The notes beneath the pieces are model-generated. The model did no database searches. It was not told where the DNA came from and saw nothing but the letters and a program-made list of their open reading frames with translations. A stretch of 29,511 nt of DNA from the NCBI GenBank assembly GCA_964645485.1, contig CAZXZO010000009.1, forward strand, positions 1-29,511. The letters run 5' to 3'. Positions 17,076 to 25,486 of the stretch are shown piece after piece. Both the position numbers and the translations under genes were made by a program. The DNA is from an uncultured Candidatus Poseidoniales archaeon. GTDB lineage: Archaea > Thermoplasmatota > Poseidoniia > Poseidoniales > Thalassarchaeaceae. The stretch's first letter is position 1; every line of letters starts with the position of its first letter.

Positions 17076-18380
17076 ATGCAACCGTTATCTCCACTTTTGC
17101 CTCCGCCCCCACCTCTGATTATACCAGGTCAAGAGGTCGATAATCGGCAATCACCTTCTACACCCGATTCTTCGAGACCACACGAACATACTCAAGATTT
17201 TTTACCTCGAACAATTGGTGATGAAACTAGGGATGCATTTACTAAATTCAACCCATACAAATTAACACTTGTTGAGATGTTTTACCTAGGATTAATAGTC
17301 GTTGGAGCATTAATTTGGTTGATACAACTTTCACTCGATGAAAATTCTTTGGTGGCTTTTAGTACAGTAATAATTATTTATTTTTGCTTGTTTGTTTGGG
17401 GTGGTTTTATTGGTCGATTTTCTTGGAGTATGATGGCTAAGTGGTCGGTGAAGGGATGGCTGCTGAATGTATGGAAATCTCCACTTTTTCCCATCTTCAA
17501 CATGAATGCATGTATGATTAGAATTGATTCATTTGTGATAGAAAATAAACCATCAGGTCTTTGGAATAATATCGTTTTCTCAATAAAGCAATCTTGGACT
17601 TCTTCATTATTTTTATTTTCTATACTGTTTTTGTTGATGCCAAATGACATTACTGATCCTTCGACATTTATCGGGCTGGCGGGGTTACTTTTGATATTCT
17701 CACCAATACTTAGTGCAATATTAGTCCCACTGTACATTTTTAGTGATTCATCTGTAGTAGAAGTAATACCCGGTCAAAGAGATTTTGCCCCCGTAGGAAT
17801 GTCACTGCGCCAATCTTTGAGTCGATTAATTGGATATGGTTCCGTGATAATAGTACTTTCAAAATTTTATTCATTAACCAATTCTGTTGGATTTTTTGTC
17901 GCGCTAGGATTTCTTTCTGGTGAAACTATTATGATTTTGTCAGTGCTTGGAGTCACGGTTCTCGCTGCTGCCTTATCTTATCCGAACAAAATGCATTTGC
18001 AATGGGTGACTGAATTCAACAATCTTTGGTTTGAAGACCGCGACCCAGATCATACTTTTCACAGGATTGATGATAATGCTTACATCGTTATTCCTGATCA
18101 TTTGCTTTATGATACGTTAACCCACCTCCGCAATACAAAAGGCTCTCATTTTGCCGATGCACCCGTTCAACACAATCACGCTAATCAGTACCAAGCACCC
18201 CATGCCCCTCCTCCTCCACCTTCGGGTGGCGTTGTATCACCTGTAATGGCAGGCCCCCTGGCATCTCCCACCGTGACTGCAGGCCCACTTGCTTCTCCAA
18301 ATATCATCGCGGGTCCACAAACAGGACAACACAACCTCGGACCACCACCGCCTCCAAACCTTGATTCTCAACAATCTTGA
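17076..18380 (+). CDS. Multi-pass membrane protein of unknown function with polyproline N- and C-termini
   Basis: ~6 hydrophobic segments; LPPPPP at the N-terminus; APPPPP, SP..AGPLA repeats and GPPPPP at the C-terminus. Confidence 0.7.
   Translation: MQPLSPLLPPPPPLIIPGQEVDNRQSPSTPDSSRPHEHTQDFLPRTIGDETRDAFTKFNPYKLTLVEMFYLGLIVVGALIWLIQLSLDENSLVAFSTVIIIYFCLFVWGGFIGRFSWSMMAKWSVKGWLLNVWKSPLFPIFNMNACMIRIDSFVIENKPSGLWNNIVFSIKQSWTSSLFLFSILFLLMPNDITDPSTFIGLAGLLLIFSPILSAILVPLYIFSDSSVVEVIPGQRDFAPVGMSLRQSLSRLIGYGSVIIVLSKFYSLTNSVGFFVALGFLSGETIMILSVLGVTVLAAALSYPNKMHLQWVTEFNNLWFEDRDPDHTFHRIDDNAYIVIPDHLLYDTLTHLRNTKGSHFADAPVQHNHANQYQAPHAPPPPPSGGVVSPVMAGPLASPTVTAGPLASPNIIAGPQTGQHNLGPPPPPNLDSQQS
18237..18317 (+). 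repeat. In-frame 9-10 aa repeat (SPVMAGPLA / SPTVTAGPLA / SPNIIAGP)
   Basis: Read directly from the translation. Confidence 0.7.
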
Positions 18381-21300
18381 TGAGGGCATTATTGATGAAG
18401 GAAGAGCATTCTGCATCCTACATGAGCAACGCGAGAGTGGACACTTATCATCAGCCCGGACCGTTAGTAATATCTCTGATAATGTGTTTACTAATTGTTC
18501 TTGGAAGTTGGTCTGTTGCATTAACTTTTGAACCTGTTGAGACATTGGCAGATAATGAACAAGAAGCACAATCTGCAGTATCAAAATTATCTGAAGGCGA
18601 TATTGATGTACAGGTTTTACATGTTGGAGACCGCTGGACTTATGATGGATTCTTTGATGTTGCAGAGATGATTACTAATGCCGGAGTTGAGACCGATGCT
18701 GCCGCCTTAACAGGTGAATTAGAAATGTGGGTTGATGATGTTCGTACCATAACCAGTAGTAACGGGGTGGATACTTCTGAAGACCATAATACCGTCGCAT
18801 ATCGAATAAAATCAGAGGGGCAATTCATCACAGAAAATGTTACTCTAACTGGAACTCTTGGTGATATCACGATTGATTACGATGCTACTGATTTAGTCCG
18901 TGCTAGTGATTTAGCTGTCTACAAGACTGTTACACACATGCATGTGAAATTTTGGCCTTTCGCATCATTCATTGATGTTGCAGATGTGACGACTACTCAC
19001 ACATACTACGAACCTGTAGAGGTTTACGATTTCCCACTAAGGGTGGGTGAAATCTGGACCAACGACTTCATCGATGTCGATTGGTGGGATGGTAGTTCAA
19101 ACTTTTTTACAATTCCAGAAGATGAAGTTCTGAACATTGAAACGAATCATTCAGTTGTAAGTGTGGGCAATCCAAATGTGCCATATTCCGGTTGTGATAA
19201 TTCCTACAACGTCTCAACTTTTGATGAGAACAATTCAGTTTCAGAATTCAGATGGTGGTGTCCTGCTGCCAAAGGAGACGCATGGAGACATTACAAAGAT
19301 GGCATGGGCATTTATGTTGATTTTATTCTCAAAGACTTCCAGCCAGCAGGTTCTCCAATTGATTTGGAAGTTGAATTAGAATACCCAACATGGGCGCTGA
19401 ATATGCAACTTGGTGTTTGGGTGAATGTTACTGATTCAAATGGTTCCCCGGTCCCATCTTATCCGTTTGTTTTACGTTATGAATACGAAAATTTGTGGAT
19501 TGAGTTAACAACCGATTCAGCAGGTGTTGCTTACTATTCTCTAAACACAAGTGATCCAGAAGACGACACTCCATCAAATCACGATTACGCAAGCCACGGC
19601 TTAGTTGCCTATGACCCAGTAAACGAATATGTGGGGGTGGACACACTGACTTTAGACAATGAGTTGGTGGATTTGGATTATCGGCCACGGCCGGGAGGAA
19701 TCTCCGTCTCAAGAGACCGCGGCACCGATAGTATGACTCTCAATCCGGTGTATGGATTCAATGCGATTCCGGGTGATGTTTTACACTTCACAATTCCAAT
19801 TGAGAACAAGGGTACCAATGGTGGCCCTCAAACAGAGTTAGAGATGGTCGCTCCGGACGGAACTACAGAACGAGGAACAATTGCCTCTTTACCACCTGTA
19901 GGTGAAGATACCCTGTCATTTTCTTGGACGGTTCCAACTTCTCAAACACTAGGTAATGTTGATTTCACCTTTGAGGTAGATCCAGATGGACAGATGGTGA
20001 ATGATGTCAACCAGAGCAATGATATGGCAACTTTTGAGATTTTCATTGGCAGTATTCCTGTTGTTGGATTGGCAGCGATAGCGCCGACTACAACTTACAC
20101 AGAAATTTTGTTAGATGGAACTGGAAGCACTGATGCAGATGGTGGCACAATACACTGTTCATTTAGTGTAGAAGTTGAAGAAAACAAATTCCGAACATAT
20201 GAAGAACCAGATTGTTTGATGTTGGTGAATTGGTCTGATGACGGAGTTTTCCATGTTGATTTGACAATCTCAGATGAAGAAAACGACAATGACCAAACTT
20301 CAATGAATATTGAAATTGTTAATCGTCCCGGTTGGTTGAACATCACTTCGCCCGAAACTGCAATTCTCTCTGAATCTAGTATTACTTTCAACGCTTTTGA
20401 CAGTGGTGACCAAGATACACTAGACCAAAACGCACCTCTCACTTTGCTTTGGGACCCACCCCTGCGCTCTGACGGGGTTGCTTATGTTTGTGAAGAAGGA
20501 CCTATCACAATGCAATGTACTGTTACTCCAGTGGAGGAAGGTGAATTCCTAATGCAAGTGCATGGTACTGATGATGATGGGGCAGTTACAACCGCTCAGT
20601 TTTCTCTCCAAGTGGACAACATTGCTCCTCGCGACCCGGTGATGACAATGTCGGGTGGAACTGCAGATAACGACCAACCTGCTCCAGCAATTTGGCAAGT
20701 TGATGAAGATCAACTTGTGACTTTGATTGGTAATGGTGTTGATACCATGAATGACCAAAATTCGCTCACATGGAATTGGAATCCAAGTAGCAACCACAAT
20801 GCTACATGGGCTGAATCAACGGTTGGTAGTAATTCAGAGATTGAAGTAATTTGGACGGAATCGGGTAGTCACACCATTACTCTGCAGATTGTTGATGATG
20901 ACGGATTGAACACAGAAACGATTCTTGGTACTGTGGTGGTGAATAATGTACCACCAACATCCGAACCGTTCACTGCCGGATTCCCAGTGGGTGAGGACCG
21001 TTTGTTCAATCTCACAGGGTTTTATTCAGATACTCCATCTGATGTTGATAGCCTGCAAGTTTGTTGGGATATCGACCTTGACAACGATGCAGACGATAAT
21101 CTAGTCAACAATGATGATTGTGATTATACAGGCGATTCAATCAGCCATTCATGGCCTGAAGCAGGTGTCTATGAAATTAGATTCCATGTTACCGATGATG
21201 ATGGCGATGTTGCAGAATCATTAGTTGAAGTGAATGTTGTAAACCTGCGTCCCAAAGCAGGATTAGAGGCTGAGAAAACTTCAGTATTAGTTGGTGAGGA

Positions 21301-21742
21301 AGTAGTCATTTGGACTACAGAGACAAGTGACACCGAATCTGATATGTCTTTACTGATGTTTATTTGGGATTTGGATATTAATACCGATTCTAATGGAGAC
21401 GGAGACCCTGCCAATGATATGGACACTTTTACTTCAGCAACTAGCCCGTTGCGCCATACTTTTGACACACCTGGTGAGAAACACATACGCCTGACTGTTA
21501 ATGATGAGGAACAAAGTTCCACCAAAGACATCATAATTTACGTGACTGAAGGTAACTCGGCTTTCCTAGGTATGATGGGTGAAACTGCTGGAGTCAGTAA
21601 TATGTTGGTTGTACTGATCATCGTTATTGTGGCAATGGTCGCTGTCGGCGTGACTATGGCAAAGAAAGGCGGTGAAGATGAAATCAACTTCTTTGAAGGC
21701 GATACTTCAGAATCAGATTCCGCAGAATCAGAAGAAGAATGA
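18380..21742 (+). CDS. Large cell-surface protein B, full-length paralog of protein A with a short acidic tail
   Basis: LHVGDRWTYDGFFDVA, YDFPLRVGEIW, GNPNVPYSGC, RWWCP, VDPDG..ND.NQSND, PKD repeats; TM at ~21598-21660. ATG 18380 overlaps the upstream TGA; alternative start 18422. Confidence 0.8.
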   Translation: MRALLMKEEHSASYMSNARVDTYHQPGPLVISLIMCLLIVLGSWSVALTFEPVETLADNEQEAQSAVSKLSEGDIDVQVLHVGDRWTYDGFFDVAEMITNAGVETDAAALTGELEMWVDDVRTITSSNGVDTSEDHNTVAYRIKSEGQFITENVTLTGTLGDITIDYDATDLVRASDLAVYKTVTHMHVKFWPFASFIDVADVTTTHTYYEPVEVYDFPLRVGEIWTNDFIDVDWWDGSSNFFTIPEDEVLNIETNHSVVSVGNPNVPYSGCDNSYNVSTFDENNSVSEFRWWCPAAKGDAWRHYKDGMGIYVDFILKDFQPAGSPIDLEVELEYPTWALNMQLGVWVNVTDSNGSPVPSYPFVLRYEYENLWIELTTDSAGVAYYSLNTSDPEDDTPSNHDYASHGLVAYDPVNEYVGVDTLTLDNELVDLDYRPRPGGISVSRDRGTDSMTLNPVYGFNAIPGDVLHFTIPIENKGTNGGPQTELEMVAPDGTTERGTIASLPPVGEDTLSFSWTVPTSQTLGNVDFTFEVDPDGQMVNDVNQSNDMATFEIFIGSIPVVGLAAIAPTTTYTEILLDGTGSTDADGGTIHCSFSVEVEENKFRTYEEPDCLMLVNWSDDGVFHVDLTISDEENDNDQTSMNIEIVNRPGWLNITSPETAILSESSITFNAFDSGDQDTLDQNAPLTLLWDPPLRSDGVAYVCEEGPITMQCTVTPVEEGEFLMQVHGTDDDGAVTTAQFSLQVDNIAPRDPVMTMSGGTADNDQPAPAIWQVDEDQLVTLIGNGVDTMNDQNSLTWNWNPSSNHNATWAESTVGSNSEIEVIWTESGSHTITLQIVDDDGLNTETILGTVVVNNVPPTSEPFTAGFPVGEDRLFNLTGFYSDTPSDVDSLQVCWDIDLDNDADDNLVNNDDCDYTGDSISHSWPEAGVYEIRFHVTDDDGDVAESLVEVNVVNLRPKAGLEAEKTSVLVGEEVVIWTTETSDTESDMSLLMFIWDLDINTDSNGDGDPANDMDTFTSATSPLRHTFDTPGEKHIRLTVNDEEQSSTKDIIIYVTEGNSAFLGMMGETAGVSNMLVVLIIVIVAMVAVGVTMAKKGGEDEINFFEGDTSESDSAESEEE

Positions 21743-22308
21743 AAACCATTCTTCCGAACAATAATTTTGCATCACCCTCAAAGGGTGTGAGGGTGGAGCA
21801 CTTAGGGAAGCAACCGGGTTTGGTGACAAATTTGTCAAACATCTACTCCTTTTTTGGCCTCCCTGACCCTAACGAGAGTGAAGCAAGTGCAAATGAATTA
21901 GCTGACCGAGAAATAGAAGAAATACCGAGTATGGATACATCCGAAGTCGAGGTTCTAACAGGTGGTAAGTTCCACGATTTAGGTGAAAAAAAGTGGCAAT
22001 TATGGACACATAGCAAATTACGAAGAGCCAATCGTGCGATTCGTTATATTGAGCCAGATGAGTTACATCGCCTTCCTGTACACGGAATTTCTCAACGCTT
22101 GGTTTCAGGAGACATGGTTGTGGTAGATTTGCGTGATCTCAAACATATGACTGCTCAACAAGATGCTTGCAGGAGAGAACTTGGAGGAATGTCAGAACGG
22201 CTTGGGGCTGCTGTGTTTTCCCTTGATAGCACCGAAACACTCCTGCTTGTACCTGGTGCAGGTTCTATTGTTGATACTACTTCTCATCACCTTGGTATCG
22301 ATGATTGA
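21739..22308 (+). CDS. sepF: Divergent SepF-like protein (FtsZ membrane anchor family)
   Basis: C-terminal RLVSGDMVVVDLRDL...RELGGMSERLGAAVFSL...LLLVPGAG.IVD resembles the archaeal SepF core. Amphipathic LSNIYSFFGL near the N-terminus. ATGA overlap with the upstream stop; alternative GTG start 21823. Confidence 0.6.
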   Translation: MKTILPNNNFASPSKGVRVEHLGKQPGLVTNLSNIYSFFGLPDPNESEASANELADREIEEIPSMDTSEVEVLTGGKFHDLGEKKWQLWTHSKLRRANRAIRYIEPDELHRLPVHGISQRLVSGDMVVVDLRDLKHMTAQQDACRRELGGMSERLGAAVFSLDSTETLLLVPGAGSIVDTTSHHLGIDD

Positions 22309-22311
22309 TTC

Positions 22312-22530
22312 CTAATTTGGTGTGAACCAATGGTTGAGGTCTCCTGCTTCAACCTCTTTCAAGGCATAATCTGTATAATCTCTGTAAGCGAGCCACTTTT
22401 CTAGCCCCTCAGGGTCATCAGCGGATTGAGTCTTTTTGGCAATGGTTTCATCAGCGTATTCAATACAACGACGTAGGAAATCAGCAACAGCGTCTTTTTT
22501 CTGTTGTTCATTCAATTCTTTTTCGCTCAT
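22312..22530 (-). CDS. Small helical hypothetical protein (72 aa)
   Basis: ATG 22530 overlaps the upstream TGA (TGATG); two amphipathic helices ending in GDLNHWF. Confidence 0.65.
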   Translation of the reverse strand: MSEKELNEQQKKDAVADFLRRCIEYADETIAKKTQSADDPEGLEKWLAYRDYTDYALKEVEAGDLNHWFTPN

Positions 22531-23069
22531 CAATTCTCATCTCCTTCAATTATTATTCTACTTGCTTCGTATTCATCTCTACTCATCATATAACGTGCAG
22601 GATTTCCAGCCCATACTTGACCTGTTGGCACATCCTTTGTAGCAACCGATCCAGCGGCAATAACTGACCTTTCACCGATTGTAATTCCGGGTAACAGGGT
22701 TGCCCCTCCGCCAATAACTGCTCCATCCTTGACAATTACAGGGAGCCACTTTCTGCGGTCTTGACTTGGTGGGTGGCGGTCGTTTAGAAGCGTTGCATTT
22801 GGCCCGATAAAAACATCATCACCTAATTCACAGATAGATGCAACATACGCTCCTCCCTGGATTCTTACACGGTCACCCAATATCGCTTCACTTCCAACAT
22901 GGGCTAGGGCGCCAACTGAACAATCAGAGCCAATAACAGCCTCATTTCCAATGTGGCAAGGTCCCCAAGCTACTGAACCGTTGCCTAGGTCATGGCGTTT
23001 ACCGCTCAAATCCTCATTGTCCGCACTCACACTATCACCTGACTTACTGCTTACAGTCTCTTGATTCAA
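22530..23069 (-). CDS. Left-handed beta-helix (hexapeptide repeat) acyltransferase, WbpD/WxcM-like
   Basis: Repeated [IV]G.D..[IV]G hexapeptides, FIGPNATLLND..P, IGGGATLLPG.TIG, GSVATKDVP, WAGNPAR. Confidence 0.85.
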   Translation of the reverse strand: MNQETVSSKSGDSVSADNEDLSGKRHDLGNGSVAWGPCHIGNEAVIGSDCSVGALAHVGSEAILGDRVRIQGGAYVASICELGDDVFIGPNATLLNDRHPPSQDRRKWLPVIVKDGAVIGGGATLLPGITIGERSVIAAGSVATKDVPTGQVWAGNPARYMMSRDEYEASRIIIEGDEN

Positions 23070-23120
23070 GCATTGCGTTTGAACAATGTGGCTAAAACAA
23101 TCATTTTGAAAGGTATAAAT

Positions 23121-23591
23121 CTAGGAATTTAGGTCATTCATGATTCTTTCAACATGGCCCTTGGCCTTTACTTTGTATCCAACCCAGGCCAAAGTCCCAT
23201 CTTGATTGATAGCAAATGTAGAGCGGAGACTACCAAGAAATACCCGTCCGTAGAGTTTCTTCTCAGCCCATGTGCCGTATAGTTGATGTAATTCGGTTTC
23301 ACTATCAACAATCAAATCGAAAGGAAGTCCATATTTATCAATGAATTTAGTATGGCTTTTTGCTGAATCCTTAGAGACTCCTATTACTCTCCAACCAGCC
23401 TCTTTCAAAGAATCAAAATTGTCACGGAAATCACATGCTTGAGTGGTGCAACCTGGAGTGCTATCACGTGGGTAGAAATACAGAATCACTCCACTTTCCT
23501 TTAGCATTTCAGAAAGTATTACTTCACTTCCATCAGTCAATATAGCGGTGAAGTCAGGAGCGATATCACCCTTGCTCAATTCGGTTTTCAT
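23121..23591 (-). CDS. bcp: Peroxiredoxin Q / bacterioferritin comigratory protein
   Basis: YFYPRDSTPGCTTQACDFRD, GVSKDS, RSTF.I. Confidence 0.95.
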   Translation of the reverse strand: MKTELSKGDIAPDFTAILTDGSEVILSEMLKESGVILYFYPRDSTPGCTTQACDFRDNFDSLKEAGWRVIGVSKDSAKSHTKFIDKYGLPFDLIVDSETELHQLYGTWAEKKLYGRVFLGSLRSTFAINQDGTLAWVGYKVKAKGHVERIMNDLNS

Positions 23592-23645
23592 GACCTGTGG
23601 TCAGGGATGTCATACTAATACTGATGCATCAAATCTAAAACATTT

Positions 23646-24257
23646 TTAGATCAAAGAACAAATAGGGCACTCCTCTAGATTATGCCCTCTTGCTGGGCAA
23701 TATTCTCTGCCAAAAAAGATGATTTGTAAGTGCCTACGTTTCCACTCATCTTCGGGAAATAATGCTTTCAAATCACGCTCAACTTGCACAACATTCCTAC
23801 CTTCGCTCAAGCCCCAACGCTTGGCTAATCTGTGAATATGTGTATCAACAGGAAAAGCAGGGACTCCAAACGCCTGTACCATCACTACGCTTGCAGTTTT
23901 ATGACCGACTCCTGCTAATTCTTCAAGTTCCTCAAATGTGCGTGGAACCACACCTGAGTGTAAATCAATTAGTTGTTCAGCCATTTTTTTCAGGTTTTTT
24001 GCCTTGGTTGGTGCTAGTCCAATCTCGCGAATAATTTCACGTATTTCATCAACTTCTAGGTTAGCCATTTTTTCGGGGGTGTCTGCCCTATCAAAGAGGG
24101 ATGGAGTAACTTGGTTGACCTTCTTATCGGTTGTTTGTGCTGATAGCATCACAGCCACAAGGAAGGTGTATGGGTCACGGTGGTCAAGAGGGATTGGTTG
24201 TTCAGGGTATAACTCATCAAGAATCTCCCCAATCCGCTGGTTCAATCTAGCATTCAT
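23646..24257 (-). CDS. nth: Endonuclease III (HhH-GPD DNA glycosylase/AP lyase)
   Basis: LSAQTTDKKVN, LAGVGHKTA (HhH Lys), FPVDTHIHRLA; C-terminal CPARGHNLEECPIC. Confidence 0.93.
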   Translation of the reverse strand: MNARLNQRIGEILDELYPEQPIPLDHRDPYTFLVAVMLSAQTTDKKVNQVTPSLFDRADTPEKMANLEVDEIREIIREIGLAPTKAKNLKKMAEQLIDLHSGVVPRTFEELEELAGVGHKTASVVMVQAFGVPAFPVDTHIHRLAKRWGLSEGRNVVQVERDLKALFPEDEWKRRHLQIIFFGREYCPARGHNLEECPICSLI

Positions 24258-24323
24258 ATAATAAACTGTGCTTTTGAAAATCTTAATATAGATAGCGGAG
24301 AAGCAACGTCTATGGTTTGATTT

Positions 24324-24620
24324 ATGAGGTATACTTCATTAATTATTTTAGTAATTCTATTTTCTCCAATGGTTTCGGCTGATGGCTTAGAGAATGAAAC
24401 TCTGCCTTATGATAATTCTGTTGAAACTCCTGTTGATGAAGAATTTCAAATCCCTATTCCGGAGGACAATATTGGTTCATCTGATAGTATGGTATATAAG
24501 GTGATAATTTCTTATGAAGCATGCACATACATCTCTATTACTGAGTCACACTGTAATGATGCAACTCAATTAGTTGATTCACATGAGGAGGTGGTAGAAT
24601 GGTACGTCCTCATCTTGTAA
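24324..24620 (+). CDS. Small secreted acidic hypothetical protein
   Basis: Signal-like MRYTSLIILVILFSPMVSA; TATA-like TTAATATA upstream at 24283-24290. Confidence 0.55.
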   Translation: MRYTSLIILVILFSPMVSADGLENETLPYDNSVETPVDEEFQIPIPEDNIGSSDSMVYKVIISYEACTYISITESHCNDATQLVDSHEEVVEWYVLIL

Positions 24621-25234
24621 TAAAATCGATGGCATTCATCATCGGACTAACATTATTTTTTTCAATTATCCATTCTCAGATTCTTCCCCGGTTTGAAGGT
24701 GAGCCTGAAATTTCTTATTCTAATCTAAATATCGTAATTGACCCTGAAATACAGGGGGCGAATTGGACTCTCGTTATTCCTGAGATTACCGCATCTCAAT
24801 TAGGTGCTCCACCTAATAATTTTTCAATTTGGATGGAGATAATTGGCAATGATATTGGTTGGAATAAAGTTTTAGTCCCCCATGGGTCACAAACTGTCGT
24901 AGGTTATGAAATTAATTCCTCAAATATCAGCACTAACTATGTTCGTTCATTCTACTCTAGCCTTCCACCACCTATAATCAACTTTGAAGAAGTCACCGTG
25001 AATGATAATGGATATGTCCCATTCTTTCTTATTTCGAATGAAATCGAATATATTGACTTCCGATTCAAAATAAGAGGTGACATCGGCGTTAAAGAATGCT
25101 CAGATGGACCATTTCCAAGTCAGGATATGATTAGATTATCTGTTGGTTGGAATTATTTCATACCGCCAGAAACATATCAAAATAGTTATGATTGTCGCGA
25201 AGCATATTACCATATGTTGATAGAATATACATAA
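24599..25234 (+). CDS. Hypothetical protein with an N-terminal TM/signal anchor
   Basis: Hydrophobic MAFIIGLTLFFSII followed by a beta-rich domain with two Cys. Start may be 24629. Confidence 0.6.
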   Translation: MVRPHLVIKSMAFIIGLTLFFSIIHSQILPRFEGEPEISYSNLNIVIDPEIQGANWTLVIPEITASQLGAPPNNFSIWMEIIGNDIGWNKVLVPHGSQTVVGYEINSSNISTNYVRSFYSSLPPPIINFEEVTVNDNGYVPFFLISNEIEYIDFRFKIRGDIGVKECSDGPFPSQDMIRLSVGWNYFIPPETYQNSYDCREAYYHMLIEYT

Positions 25235-25441
25235 TTATTCCAGTTCAACAGGGATATCGGTTTTCCAGCCGTAGATGCTAGCAGAGAGAATGATAGCGGC
25301 TGGAAGTATGTAACATGGAAACCACATCCAATCCGCCCAATCTTCATTGGCTCCTCCTAAAATAAGGAATAAAACTACGCCAATCAGCAGAGCGGGGAGA
25401 ATCATGACTCCACCAAAGACCACCGCTCTTGCCGCTCCCAT
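25235..25441 (-). CDS. Small two-TM membrane protein
   Basis: Two hydrophobic helices separated by GGANEDWADW. Confidence 0.6.
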   Translation of the reverse strand: MGAARAVVFGGVMILPALLIGVVLFLILGGANEDWADWMWFPCYILPAAIILSASIYGWKTDIPVELE

Positions 25442-25486
25442 AATTCTTGGGCGGTAGCCGGATTGAATGAACTTTAGGCTTGAACA

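Noticed and set aside
14217-21534. Multiple 60-130 aa minus-strand ORFs inside the giant surface genes
   Set aside because: Typical antisense shadows of acidic, biased coding sequence; similar ORFs appear opposite both paralogs.
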